From Alphaproteobacteria bacterium (GTDB lineage: Bacteria; Pseudomonadota; Alphaproteobacteria; Micavibrionales; UBA2020): a stretch of DNA of 64,000 bases. The position numbers were made by a program, and so were the translations under genes. A model generated the notes under the pieces. The model was not told where the DNA came from, did no database searches, and was given only the letters and a program-made list of their open reading frames with translations. The stretch is from the NCBI GenBank assembly GCA_046314385.1, contig JBKBWZ010000006.1, forward strand, positions 6,173-70,172, written 5' to 3'. Numbering within the stretch: position 1 is the first letter of the stretch; each line of letters opens with the position of its first letter. Shown one piece after another: positions 28,202-37,955 of this stretch.

Positions 28202-29287
28202 TCACACCTTTTGCGATTTGGCGGCGACAATACCCGCCGCCGGGTCCAGCGGCCAGCGCGCGCGCACCGGAAAATCAATATCATCTGTCATGCCGCGCAG
28301 CAACCGCTCCATCCCCGCCCAGGCGATCATGGCGGCATTATCGGTGCAGAGCTTGAGCGGCGGGGCGATAAAACGCAGGCCTTTTTCTGCCGCGATACCT
28401 TCCAGCACGCTGCGCAGGCGTTTGTTTGCCGCAACGCCGCCCGCCACAACCAGCGCGGGCGATGGCGGCGACAGCGCCAGATAATCGATCATTGCATGAC
28501 GGATACGGTCGGCCAGAATATCGGCAACGGTTTCCTGAAAACTGGCGCAGAGATCGGCGGCATCGGCGCGTGAAACGGCACCCGCCGGAAAGCCGTCAAT
28601 CATGCGCCGCACGGCGGTCTTGAGGCCGGAGAAAGAAAAATCACAGCCCGGTTTGCCCAGCATCGGGCGCGGCAGCGGATATTTTGCGCGCGCGGCCGCG
28701 ATGTCTTCGCATGCGGCGGCCAGTTTTTCAATCGCCGGCCCGCCCGGCCAGCCAAGGCCGAGCAGTTTGGCGGTTTTGTCAAAAGCCTCGCCCACCGCAT
28801 CGTCAATCGTCGTGCCAAGGCGCGTATAGTCGCCGACATCTTTTGCGACCAAAATCTGGCAATGCCCGCCGGAGACAAGCAGCAGCAGATAAGGGAAAGC
28901 AACATCATCGTCCGTCAGCCGCACGGTTAGCGCGTGGCCTTCCAGATGGTTGACCGCGATTAGCGGCAGGCCGCGCACCTGCGCAATTGCCTTGGCCGTC
29001 ATCACACCGACCAGCACGCCGCCAATCAACCCCGGCCCCGCCGTGACGGCAATCGCGGAGAGATCATCGAGCGTCACGCCCGCGTCATGCAGCGCGTCTT
29101 CGACCAGATGGTCCATATGTTCCAGATGCGCGCGCGCGGCAACTTCGGGCACAACGCCGCCATAGGCCAGATGCTCGCGCTGGCTGAGCACCTGATGCGC
29201 CAGAATACGCCGGTCTTCGCCGACGATGGCGACGGCGGTTTCGTCACAGCTGCTTTCGATGCCCAATATCAGTCGCGGTTTTGTCAT
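28202..29287 (-). CDS. tsaD: tRNA N6-adenosine threonylcarbamoyltransferase
   Basis: [33 protein letters not shown] and [13 protein letters not shown] are Kae1/TsaD signatures. Confidence 0.92.
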   Translation of the reverse strand: MTKPRLILGIESSCDETAVAIVGEDRRILAHQVLSQREHLAYGGVVPEVAARAHLEHMDHLVEDALHDAGVTLDDLSAIAVTAGPGLIGGVLVGVMTAKAIAQVRGLPLIAVNHLEGHALTVRLTDDDVAFPYLLLLVSGGHCQILVAKDVGDYTRLGTTIDDAVGEAFDKTAKLLGLGWPGGPAIEKLAAACEDIAAARAKYPLPRPMLGKPGCDFSFSGLKTAVRRMIDGFPAGAVSRADAADLCASFQETVADILADRIRHAMIDYLALSPPSPALVVAGGVAANKRLRSVLEGIAAEKGLRFIAPPLKLCTDNAAMIAWAGMERLLRGMTDDIDFPVRARWPLDPAAGIVAAKSQKV

Positions 29288-29410
29288 GCCCCCCTTATAT
29301 CAGTCTTCGGCGCGGATTTCACCCGTAAAGAGATGCCATAATGCGTGCAATTGACAGCCCCGCCGCCTTCGCGCAGACTGCGCTGATTGTTTTTATGACG
29401 GAGAGATTTT

Positions 29411-29650
29411 ATGACGACAATCGATCAGGCACGCGCCGCCAAAGATAAACTGGAAAAACAGCTGATGGGCCGCTTTAACGGCGCCGCATTGCCCGTGAAC
29501 AGTGTCGGCCTCAGCCACGATCAGGCCGGCTATTACGTGGCCGTCGGGCTGGAGCGTCAACCGACCGCCGCCGAAGACGCCAAATTACCCAAAAAATGCG
29601 ATGGCGTGACCGTGAAATACAGCGTCAACGGGCCGATCAACGCGTTTTAA
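29411..29650 (+). CDS. hypothetical small protein (79 aa)
   Basis: GGAGAGA lies upstream of the ATG. Coding-like GC3. No recognisable motif. Confidence 0.5.
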   Translation: MTTIDQARAAKDKLEKQLMGRFNGAALPVNSVGLSHDQAGYYVAVGLERQPTAAEDAKLPKKCDGVTVKYSVNGPINAF

Positions 29651-29762
29651 GCTGCCCGCCTTTCGCCGCAGGACAAGGAATAAAAACAGCTGATATCTGT
29701 TAAAAATTTCTTGTGAAGCTGTTTGTGTTGTAATAATCACTTTCCGGTAGAAGGAGCCGCTC

Positions 29763-29954
29763 ATGACGCGTAAAAAAATCAGCCTTAATTCTATGGTATC
29801 GTTTAATAAAATTTCCGACGCTGGAAACTCCGCAAAAGAAAACCCGGAAGCTTCGGATCATGGCATAAGCCATGACGCGACTGAAAAAAAAGCCCCCCAA
29901 AGGCCAAAAAATAACCATGTCGGCAGCTTCGGTGGCATTTTTTTTACAATATAG
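29763..29954 (+). CDS. small hypothetical peptide (63 aa), paralogous N-terminus with the 30438 peptide
   Basis: GAAGGAG lies 7 nt before the ATG. The N-terminus MTRKKISLNSMVSFN matches MRKTIKLNPVVAFQ of the 30438 ORF. Lies in a low-GC islet. Confidence 0.4.
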   Translation: MTRKKISLNSMVSFNKISDAGNSAKENPEASDHGISHDATEKKAPQRPKNNHVGSFGGIFFTI

Positions 29955-30111
29955 ACCGCTTTGTCCGTTTTTAACGCCGCGGCGCGGATGAAGACGTACC
30001 AAGGCTTTGTTTTAATTTGTATATTTAAACATTAATACATCCCTTTCTGCCACGAACTTCGCTCTGAGGTTCAGCCTGTCGCCAAGATCAGGTGATATAG
30101 TCGCAGCTTAT

Positions 30112-30140
30112 TGACATATTGCAAAGCGCGCGTTAAGTTC
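30112..30140 (+). promoter_or_regulatory. sigma70-like promoter candidate (TTGACA-17 nt-TAAGTT)
   Basis: Perfect -35 TTGACA at 30112-30117, a 17-nt spacer, and TAAGTT at 30135-30140. This is 28 nt upstream of the 30168 ORF. Confidence 0.4.
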
Positions 30141-30167
30141 ATTCTCATAATAAAAGGTGTGTAAAAA

Positions 30168-30410
30168 ATGGAATTCCCCAAAAACATCGCCGCCGGTACG
30201 CGCGGCCAGTTTACCGAAGCTTTCAACAGCATGGCCTATGCACCGCTGGATGCCGCGCGTTTTTATGACGAAGCGCAAAAAGCCGGCTGGCATGAGGCGC
30301 GTATTTTCCCGCCCGGCACGGCCTTGATGTTTGATAACAGCAAGACAGATACCCGCATCACGGTTGATACCGATCGTTTCGGCAACGTAAAGCGTTTCCG
30401 TCAGGGCTGA
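30168..30410 (+). CDS. hypothetical small protein (80 aa)
   Basis: AAAGG lies upstream of the ATG and a promoter candidate is just upstream. No recognisable motif. Confidence 0.45.
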   Translation: MEFPKNIAAGTRGQFTEAFNSMAYAPLDAARFYDEAQKAGWHEARIFPPGTALMFDNSKTDTRITVDTDRFGNVKRFRQG

Positions 30411-30437
30411 TTTTTTATATTTATACGGGGACATATA

Positions 30438-30605
30438 ATGCGCAAAACAATCAAACTTAATCCTGTCGTTGCTTTTCAAAGCGCCGCCTCGTCTAACAGC
30501 GCCGCGCCAGAAAAGCACTTGCCTGCGCCTCCAAAAGAAGAAAAAGAGCCGGAAACCAAAAATCGTCCGCTCGTTGGCCGCGCAGGGCCGCGCGCTTGGT
30601 ACTAA
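30438..30605 (+). CDS. small hypothetical peptide (55 aa), paralogous N-terminus with the 29763 peptide
   Basis: My own translation (below the ORF-track cutoff) is MRKTIKLNPVVAFQSAASSNSAAPEKHLPAPPKEEKEPETKNRPLVGRAGPRAWY. GGGGA lies 7 nt upstream. A terminator follows. Confidence 0.4.
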   Translation: MRKTIKLNPVVAFQSAASSNSAAPEKHLPAPPKEEKEPETKNRPLVGRAGPRAWY

Positions 30606-30630
30606 AACCGCAGCCAAACGCCCCCGTTTA

Positions 30631-30659
30631 AAAAACCGGCCCCTGCGCCGGTTTTTTTC
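30631..30659 (+). terminator. rho-independent terminator
   Basis: Stem AACCGGC / GCCGGTT with a 6-nt loop, followed by T7. Confidence 0.6.
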
Positions 30660-30779
30660 TGCGCGGCGGCGCCTTCACATAAGCCGCCGCCCCCATAAAA
30701 ATGCGCATGTTCCTTGGCTTTCCCGCACAAAAAGCCTAATAAAAAAGGGAGCAGCAAACACAGCAGTATGACGAGAGAC

Positions 30780-31709
30780 ATGAAAACAAAGATCAATATC
30801 GGTACGCGCGGCAGCCCGCTGGCGCTGGCGCAGGCGGAATTGCTGGCAAGCGCGCTGCGCCGCGCGCATCCGCATCTGGCCGCGCCCGAAGCGATTGAAT
30901 TCGTCATCATCACCACCACCGGCGACCGCATTCAGGACCGTCCGCTGTCCGAAGTAGGCGGCAAGGGTCTTTTCACCAAAGAAATCGAAGAGGCGCTTTT
31001 GGATGGCAGCATCGATGCCGCTGTGCATTCGATGAAAGACATGCCGACCGAACTGCCCGCGGGTCTTGTCATCCCCTGCCTGCTGCCGCGCGAAGATGAG
31101 CGCGATGCTTTTTTCAGCCGCGGCGGCGAAACGCTCGACACCTTACCCGCAGGCGCGGTTGTAGGCACTTCAAGCCTGCGGCGTCAGGCGATCATCCTTG
31201 CCCGCCGGCCTGATCTGAAAGTCGTGATGTTTCGCGGCAATGTCGGCACACGGTTGCAAAAATTGCAAGACGGCGCGGTTGATGCCACGTTGCTGGCGGT
31301 GGCGGGGCTGAACCGGCTTGGCAAAAGCGATCTGATACAAACCGTGCTGCAGCCCGATGTGATGCTGCCCGCCGTGGCGCAAGGCGCCGTCGGAATCGAA
31401 ATCCGCGAGGAGGATGCGGAGATGGCGGCCTTGCTCGCCCCTGTACATTGCCCTGTGACCGCGCTGCGCGTCTGTGCCGAGCGCGCCTTTCTGGCCGCCA
31501 TGGACGGGTCTTGCAAAACGCCGCTGGCCGCGCTGATGTCTGTGCCCGACCCCGAAGGACGCGCGCGCTTCGATGCGCTGTCGGCCAACCCCGACGGCAC
31601 AGACCTGCACAAGGTCAGCTATCTGATGCAGGTGCTGCACGAAGGAGACGCCGAGCGTCTGGGCCGCAAGGCCGCGGCCGATATCCGCGCGCGGCAGGCG
31701 GCGGCATAA
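30780..31709 (+). CDS. hemC: hydroxymethylbilane synthase (porphobilinogen deaminase)
   Basis: INIGTRGSPLALAQA, IITTTGDRIQDRPL, GGKGLFTKEIE, DAAVHSMKD and GTSSLRRQA are HemC signatures. The start could also be 30768 or 30714. Confidence 0.92.
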   Translation: MKTKINIGTRGSPLALAQAELLASALRRAHPHLAAPEAIEFVIITTTGDRIQDRPLSEVGGKGLFTKEIEEALLDGSIDAAVHSMKDMPTELPAGLVIPCLLPREDERDAFFSRGGETLDTLPAGAVVGTSSLRRQAIILARRPDLKVVMFRGNVGTRLQKLQDGAVDATLLAVAGLNRLGKSDLIQTVLQPDVMLPAVAQGAVGIEIREEDAEMAALLAPVHCPVTALRVCAERAFLAAMDGSCKTPLAALMSVPDPEGRARFDALSANPDGTDLHKVSYLMQVLHEGDAERLGRKAAADIRARQAAA

Positions 31710-31889
31710 CATAATTCCGCGCCGGACAAAAACGCGCATCTGAACGCCGCAAAGATACCGCGGAGGGGAACAAAAAAACCAGTTAATCCTTAACGGGATG
31801 TTCACCGGCGATATATATTATAAAAGACGGCACCGCCGCAGCACCCGTTCAAGGCCGCGCGGCGCCGTAAACAGAAAAAAAGGAAGCAT

Positions 31890-34370
31890 ATGCGCTCCAT
31901 TCTCGTCACACGGCCCGAACCGGCCGGCAGCGAACTGGCCGCCCGATTACGGCGCGAGGGCTTTGAAGCCTATCTGGCACCGCTGAGCCGTTATGTGCCG
32001 GTTGCGGCCGATCTGGACATTGCCACCACCTGCCAGGCTTTGGTCTTTACCAGCGCGCAGGGCGTGGCGCAGTTTCCGCCCGCACCGCAATCGCGCGACA
32101 CCACGGTTTTCGCTGTCGGCGCCGCCACTGCCGAAGCCGCACAGCAAGCCGGATTTGCCCATGTCATCACCGCCGGCGGCGATGTGCGCGATCTGGCGCA
32201 GACGCTGATTGCGCGCAAGGCCGAGCTGGCACTGGATGCCATCTTGCATATTTCGGGCGAAGATACGGCCGAGGATCTCGGCCAGCTGCTGATTGACAGC
32301 GGCATTGCCACGCACAAGCGCGTCGTCTACCGCACCGAATTTATCACCCAGCTGCCGCCGGAAATTGAACGCGCACTGACCGAGGGGAAGATCGATACCG
32401 TTCTCTTGTTCTCGGCCCGCGCGGCGCAGCACTGGCTTAAAATTCTATCGCGCGAAGATTTACGCACCGCCAGCGCCAAGCTGGAAGCCGTCTGCCTGAG
32501 CGACCGCGTTGCCGCCGAACTACGCGGCACACCATGGCGCGCCGTCAAGGTCGCCAAAAGCCCGCAGGTAGAGGCCGTGCTCGACATTCTGCGCGGGGCG
32601 GATACGGCGCCGCCGCTGCCGATCGCCCTGCCTGCGGACCCTGTCATTGATATTTTTGGCGGTATTCGCCCGCTGGCCAACCGTCTCGGCATCACGGCAT
32701 CGACGGTGCAGGGATGGAAAAAACGCGGTATCATCCCCGATGCGCGCGTCGAAGCCATTTACACCGCCGCCGAAGAAGACAACATCGACATCAACGCCAT
32801 GCTGGCCAAAGGACAATACAAGATGACTATGGATGACGCAGGCGGCCGCCACCCCGGTGCACAAGGAAGCGACCGCCGCGGCCCCGACCGCCGCCAGAAC
32901 CGCCCCGCCTATGACGCGCATGGCAATGTGCGATCTGCCACCTATAGCGGCCCTGACCGCCGCACCGGCGGGGATCGCCGTGCGCATCAGGCGCGGGTGC
33001 AGCAGCGCGTGCGTGATGAAAAAATGCGTTTTATCACCCGCACCGTTTTTATGGTTTCGTTTTTTATCGGCGCGCTGGCGCTGGCCGGCACGTTTGTTAT
33101 GGCGCCGGAATTTTTCTCCTTCGCCGAACGCCGCGACCGCGAAAAGGCCTACGAGCAGCAGCTGAAAGAATACGAAGACCAGATCCGCGAGCTGCAAAAA
33201 CGCCAGAACGAGCTGCGCCGCCAGCAAGGCGCAGCACCCTTGCCGCTGGACACGGCGCCGGCGCAGCAAACCGCATCGCCCGGCATCGGCCAGCGGATGA
33301 ACCAGAGCATCCTGCGCGTGCAGGGCGCGGTCGATACCGTAAAAACCACGGTGGGCGGCACGATTGAAGGCGCGCAAAAAACCGTGCAGAAATCCGACAC
33401 CTATCAAGGGTTTCAGAGCCTGATGCGTATGCTGGCGATGCTGAACAACCTGACCCGCACGCAGGAAGGCACGCAGGAAGCAGACGGCATGATGGGCCGC
33501 CTGCGCCAAGTCATGGCGGGCGCACCGAATGACCCCGAAGGGCTCAGCAAAGCCGTCGAGCAGGCGCAAAAAACTGACCCGACGCTGCAAAAAATCATGG
33601 GCGGCGTGGCCCCGAAAGATTTGGGCGCCGCGGCCATGCTGCTGACGATGAACGAGCTGCGCGGCAATATCGGCGGCGGGCAGTCGTTTGAAAGCGACCT
33701 GAAAATCATCGAAAAATACGCAAGCGACGACCCCGAAATGCAGGCCGCGCTGAAACGCGTGGCGCCCTATGCCCGCAGCGGTGTTCTCAGCCGCCAGCAT
33801 CTGCAAAAAGATTTTCGCAACATTGCCGCCGATATCGTGATGGCAAAACTGCAGGGCGAAGATGCTTCGGTGCGCGAACGCGTGATGCAGCGTCTGTCCA
33901 AATACGCCAAGATGCGCAAAATCGACGACATTCAGGGTGACAGCGTGGATGCCACCGTGGCGCGCGCCGAACTGCTGATCGATCAGGGCGACATCAAGGG
34001 CGCCATCCGCGAACTGCAATCGCTGGAAGGTCCGCCGGCCGAAACCGCATCGGCATGGGTGCAGCAGGCCGAAGGTCATGTTGCCGCCGATGATTCATCA
34101 CAGGTGCTGCTGCAAACCGTGCTGGGCATGCTGGGTAACGGCGGTGGCAGCGGGGTTTTCTCCGGCTTTGCGGGCGGCGGCGGTTTCGGCGGCATCGATC
34201 TGAACAGCGCGGTGGGCGATCTGCTGCAACAAATGCCGATGGGTGATATTTTCGGCGGCGAGCTGCCCAACATGGGCGGCCAGACCACCGTACCCTATCT
34301 GTCACCCTCGCTGCAGCAGCAGAACCACGGGCTGGGCAATATGCCGCAGCTGGAAATACCGATGCCTTAA
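31890..34370 (+). CDS. hemD: uroporphyrinogen-III synthase fused in one ORF to an HTH-like segment and a Mic60/mitofilin-type membrane protein
   Basis: aa 1-235 are HemD-like (ILVTRPEP..LVFTSAQGV..VLLFSARAA). aa 253-305 are Cro/YdaS-like (LANRLGITASTVQGWKKRGIIPDARVEAI). aa 326-364 hold four DRR motifs. TM helix at aa 381-405. Coiled coil follows. aa about 575-745 are mitofilin-like (VARAELLIDQGDIKGAIRELQSLEGPPAETASAWVQQAEGHVAADD). There is no stop codon anywhere across the 826 codons. Confidence 0.8.
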   Translation: MRSILVTRPEPAGSELAARLRREGFEAYLAPLSRYVPVAADLDIATTCQALVFTSAQGVAQFPPAPQSRDTTVFAVGAATAEAAQQAGFAHVITAGGDVRDLAQTLIARKAELALDAILHISGEDTAEDLGQLLIDSGIATHKRVVYRTEFITQLPPEIERALTEGKIDTVLLFSARAAQHWLKILSREDLRTASAKLEAVCLSDRVAAELRGTPWRAVKVAKSPQVEAVLDILRGADTAPPLPIALPADPVIDIFGGIRPLANRLGITASTVQGWKKRGIIPDARVEAIYTAAEEDNIDINAMLAKGQYKMTMDDAGGRHPGAQGSDRRGPDRRQNRPAYDAHGNVRSATYSGPDRRTGGDRRAHQARVQQRVRDEKMRFITRTVFMVSFFIGALALAGTFVMAPEFFSFAERRDREKAYEQQLKEYEDQIRELQKRQNELRRQQGAAPLPLDTAPAQQTASPGIGQRMNQSILRVQGAVDTVKTTVGGTIEGAQKTVQKSDTYQGFQSLMRMLAMLNNLTRTQEGTQEADGMMGRLRQVMAGAPNDPEGLSKAVEQAQKTDPTLQKIMGGVAPKDLGAAAMLLTMNELRGNIGGGQSFESDLKIIEKYASDDPEMQAALKRVAPYARSGVLSRQHLQKDFRNIAADIVMAKLQGEDASVRERVMQRLSKYAKMRKIDDIQGDSVDATVARAELLIDQGDIKGAIRELQSLEGPPAETASAWVQQAEGHVAADDSSQVLLQTVLGMLGNGGGSGVFSGFAGGGGFGGIDLNSAVGDLLQQMPMGDIFGGELPNMGGQTTVPYLSPSLQQQNHGLGNMPQLEIPMP

Positions 34371-34504
34371 CCTGTACGCTGTTTTTTTGTTTTGCTGTCT
34401 GCGGTTTTGATTTTTTATTTGTTTGTGTCTTTTGAATCCGAAAACAGGGCAAGACCCGCCCCCGCCCCGAAAGGATACCCCCCCATGAACCGGAGCCGAA
34501 AAAT

Positions 34505-35878
34505 ATGATCCGCGCCCTATGGTTTTTGGCCAGATTGTCTGTGCTTGTTTTTGCGGTCGGCTGGCTGGCCGCGCGGCCGGGCTGGATTACGGTTGACTGG
34601 CTTGGCTACCGCATTGAACTGGCCATCGGCTTTGCCGCGGCGGTGCTGGCTGTTTTGTTGCTGGGCGTGATTTTTATCGACCGCCTGTGGCGCGGGTTTG
34701 TATCGATGCCCGCCACGCTGCGCCGTTACCGCTATACGGTGCGGCGCGAAAAGGGATACCGTGCGCTGACCTCCGGCCTTGTGTCTGTCGCTGCCGGTGA
34801 CCCGCAGGGCGCCGAACGGCACGCGAAAAAAGCCGAAGCCTTGATACCCGCAACGCCGCTGACAAAACTTTTGACCGCGCAGACGGCGCTGCTGAACGGC
34901 AATGCGCCCAAAGCGCGGCGCGAATTTACCGCGCTGCTCGAAGACGGCGAGGCGGCGTTTTTTGGCCTGCGCGGTCTTTTGACGCAGACGCTGAAAGAAG
35001 GCAGCTATGGCGAAGCGCAAACACTGATCCGCAAAGCCGAAGCCTTGCAGCCCAAACGCGTCTGGGTCGTGCGCACCCGTTTTGATATCGAAACCCGCAA
35101 CAAAAGCTGGCCCGAAGCGCTGGAGGTTTTGAAAAAAGCCGAAAAAATGCGCATCTATGATACGCAAACCGCGCGCCGCCACCGCCAAAGCATTTTGACC
35201 GCACAGGCGATGGAAAACGAAAAGCAGGGCTATCTGACCATCGCCGCCAAACAGGCCGCGCGCGCGGCGGGTCTGGATTACGGTTTCGCCCCCGCAAGCC
35301 TTTTGCTGGCCGATCTTTATAGCCGGATTGGCAAGAAACGCGCGGCGCTGCGCACGCTGGAAAAAGCATGGAAGACGCAGCCGCACCCCTCATTGGCTGC
35401 GCTGTGGATGCGTCTGATGCCGCCCGCGCGCAAAGAACCTTCGGTCTATGACACCGGCCGCGATGCCTATCAATGGGCGCGCAAGCTGGGTGATGTGAAC
35501 CCGCAGCATAGCCTGAGCCAGCGCATGATCGGCCATGCCGCGCTTGACGCCAGCCTGTGGAAAGAAGCGCGGGAGCGTTTAACCGCCGCCGCCGATTTCC
35601 GCGCACTGGCCAAGCTGGAGCGCGCCGAAACCGGCAACGAAGCCAAAGCCCGCGAATGGCTAGAGCGCGCCGAAGATTACCCGCCGGAGCCGCGCTGGAT
35701 CTGCGGCAGCTGCGGCCATATCGCGGCGGACTGGCGCGTGCTCTGCGGGCATTGTGCCGCTTTTGATGCGCTCGGCTGGGCCGTGCCGCAAGGTGACGCC
35801 CATAAACCGCAGCCCGCGCTGGCCTTGCCCGATAACGACATCATCGCGCCGCCTGTGGCGCTTTCTGCCGCAAGATAA
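34505..35878 (+). CDS. hemY: HemY-like membrane TPR protein
   Basis: HemY_N-type start with two TM helices and RRYRYTVRREKGYRAL. TPR-like helical body. C-terminal zinc-ribbon-like WICGSCGHIAADWRVLCGHC. Confidence 0.8.
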   Translation: MIRALWFLARLSVLVFAVGWLAARPGWITVDWLGYRIELAIGFAAAVLAVLLLGVIFIDRLWRGFVSMPATLRRYRYTVRREKGYRALTSGLVSVAAGDPQGAERHAKKAEALIPATPLTKLLTAQTALLNGNAPKARREFTALLEDGEAAFFGLRGLLTQTLKEGSYGEAQTLIRKAEALQPKRVWVVRTRFDIETRNKSWPEALEVLKKAEKMRIYDTQTARRHRQSILTAQAMENEKQGYLTIAAKQAARAAGLDYGFAPASLLLADLYSRIGKKRAALRTLEKAWKTQPHPSLAALWMRLMPPARKEPSVYDTGRDAYQWARKLGDVNPQHSLSQRMIGHAALDASLWKEARERLTAAADFRALAKLERAETGNEAKAREWLERAEDYPPEPRWICGSCGHIAADWRVLCGHCAAFDALGWAVPQGDAHKPQPALALPDNDIIAPPVALSAAR

Positions 35879-35883
35879 AACGC

Positions 35884-36252
35884 ATGAAGACACCGCCGCC
35901 GCCAGAAGATGAAAATCCGCTGCCGCGTCAGGGCGCGGGCTGGGCGTCGTTGCTTTTGTCGATTACGGTGGTGATGGGCGGCGGTTTTATTCTGGCGGCG
36001 CGCGTGCTGCCGCCGCTGGTCGGCTTTGACATGGACAAACAAGTCGCAGGCATTGGCGAAGTCGCCGTGATGGGGGTTGTGTTTTGCGTTTTGCTTGTTT
36101 TCCTCATGTATTTGTCTGTGATTGTCTGGTTGATTGTGGCGCGGCTGTTTGTGCCGCGCGAAACGATGTATGCGATTATGATCTATGGCCCGACATCGCG
36201 CTTTGATCATTGGCTGTTCAACCTGCTTTGCCCCGATCATGATGCCGTATGA
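35884..36252 (+). CDS. hypothetical membrane protein (122 aa)
   Basis: Two or three hydrophobic helices. ATGA-coupled to the next gene. Confidence 0.45.
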   Translation: MKTPPPPEDENPLPRQGAGWASLLLSITVVMGGGFILAARVLPPLVGFDMDKQVAGIGEVAVMGVVFCVLLVFLMYLSVIVWLIVARLFVPRETMYAIMIYGPTSRFDHWLFNLLCPDHDAV

Positions 36253-36716
36253 AACCGCCCGCGGTTTATCTGATGCACGGTTTTATCGGTGCGGGTAAAA
36301 GCACTTTTGCCCGCAGCCTTTCTGCCCGAACCGCCGCCCTGCGGCTGAATGCCGACGAATATGTCGCCGCCCGCTTTACGCCTGCGCAAGTCACCGCCGA
36401 TTGGGATACCTGCTTCGCAAGCGCCATCGCCGCGCTGTGGCAGGAAGCCGCCGCACAGACCGCCGCAGGGCGCGATGTTATTCTGGATTTCGGTTTCTGG
36501 ACACGCGAGAGCCGCGACGACGCCCGCGCCCGCATTGCCGCCATGGGCGCGCAAACCGTGCATTATTATATCGATACACCGGATGATATTATTCTGACGC
36601 GGCTGAAAAAACGCGAAGGCGACATTGCCCGCCGCAATCTGGCGCAGTTCGATAGCCTGAAAAAAATGTTTTCGCCGCCGGAGCCGGATGAAGCCGCGAT
36701 TTATATCCGGCCTTAA
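36249..36716 (+). CDS. P-loop kinase-like ATP-binding protein (AAA_33/zeta-like fold)
   Basis: Walker A motif GFIGAGKST near the N-terminus. Small size is typical of this group. Confidence 0.65.
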   Translation: MKPPAVYLMHGFIGAGKSTFARSLSARTAALRLNADEYVAARFTPAQVTADWDTCFASAIAALWQEAAAQTAAGRDVILDFGFWTRESRDDARARIAAMGAQTVHYYIDTPDDIILTRLKKREGDIARRNLAQFDSLKKMFSPPEPDEAAIYIRP

Positions 36717-36738
36717 GGCTGCGCGCCTGCCGGCTTTT

Positions 36739-36927
36739 TTAGTTTTTGCCTGTCGGCAATGTAATACAGGTAAAGCCGCGCTCGGTGGTGACTTTGTAGA
36801 ATTCGCCGTAGGGCGCGCCCGATTTCGGCACGCAAAGTTCGAACATCTGCTGCTGGATTTCGGCAAGGCGCGCGGCGGCGCTGCCGCTTTGCGGGTCTTG
36901 CACGGTCTGCATTGTGACTTGTTTCAT
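36739..36927 (-). CDS. hypothetical small protein (62 aa)
   Basis: GGGAGA lies 8 nt before the ATG at 36927 (MKQVTMQTVQDP). The track ORF extends to 36984. Confidence 0.45.
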   Translation of the reverse strand: MKQVTMQTVQDPQSGSAAARLAEIQQQMFELCVPKSGAPYGEFYKVTTERGFTCITLPTGKN

Positions 36928-37076
36928 GGTCTTGGTCTCCCTGTTGCCCGCGCGCACTTTATATCGGGCGCGAATCGCACTCAAGCCCTTGAATGTGTTT
37001 TTTTATTGCGAAGATGCGGAACTTTGCGCTGTGCCGGATTTTGCGGCGAAAATAAGGGCTGGCGAGAACCGCCGCG

Positions 37077-37853
37077 CTATTCAAGCCGCAGGCGTTCGCG
37101 CACCAGCAGCGGGTAAAGCGCAAGCCCCGCGATAAACCCGCCGACATGCGCTGTCCAAGCGACTTTGCCCTCTGTGCCCGGCATACCGGCATAACCGAAA
37201 GCAAGGGAAATACCGATCCACAGCACGATCAGAAAAATCAGACGGCGATAGCCTTCGCCGCCCAAAAGACCGGAGCGGAACATCAAAATCAGCATACCGC
37301 CAAACAGCCCGCTGATACCGCCCGATGCGCCGATCAACGGGGATATATCCTGCGGCATCACCGCAAAATGCAGCCCCGCGCCAATCACGCCCGATAAAAA
37401 ATAAATCAAGGCCGCGCGTTTCAGCCCGATGGTTTTTTCAAGCGCGCTGCCAAAAGCCATCAGCATGCCGATATTGACGCCGATATGCAGCCAGCCGCCA
37501 TGCAAAAACATATGCGTGACCGGCGCCAGCACCGCGCGCCAATCGGCATCGAGCACGCCGGTATAGCGCGCCGGCACAAAACCGAAATGCATGACAAGGT
37601 CGAAAAACGCTTCGTCAGACAGCACATAGCGCAGCCCCATGCAGGCCAGCAGTATAAGCGACAGATATTTGATACCGGCCGGCAGGTTGAGAATCGGCTC
37701 GGATCCGCTTTGCGGCAGTGCAGCGTTTTTTTCTTCGGCTTGTTGCGCCGCACGCGCCGCGCGTTCGTCGGCGGCCGGAAATCTGGTGATTTTCGGGTCA
37801 TGCTGGCCGTTCATTTGGCCGTTCGGTTTTTCGTTATCGTGATCGTTTGACAT
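37077..37853 (-). CDS. rhomboid-family intramembrane serine protease
   Basis: HGGWLHIGVNIGML and GASGGISGLFG motifs with about 6 TM helices. Only the C-terminal 258 aa of the 751-aa track ORF is taken. The rest is antisense to the aminotransferase gene. Confidence 0.85.
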   Translation of the reverse strand: MSNDHDNEKPNGQMNGQHDPKITRFPAADERAARAAQQAEEKNAALPQSGSEPILNLPAGIKYLSLILLACMGLRYVLSDEAFFDLVMHFGFVPARYTGVLDADWRAVLAPVTHMFLHGGWLHIGVNIGMLMAFGSALEKTIGLKRAALIYFLSGVIGAGLHFAVMPQDISPLIGASGGISGLFGGMLILMFRSGLLGGEGYRRLIFLIVLWIGISLAFGYAGMPGTEGKVAWTAHVGGFIAGLALYPLLVRERLRLE

Positions 37854-37955
37854 ATTGATACGGGGGTTGATCTTATATCCTGCAAACGAGTATGCTCTGG
37901 GCACTTTCGGAATGCAAATACCAACGACATTTATATAAAGCCAAGGATGCCGACG

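Noticed and set aside
32520-34079. 519-aa minus-strand ORF
   Set aside because: Fully antisense to the Mic60-type part of the hemD fusion gene. Low-complexity Arg/Ala/His-rich translation. No Shine-Dalgarno and no recognisable motif.
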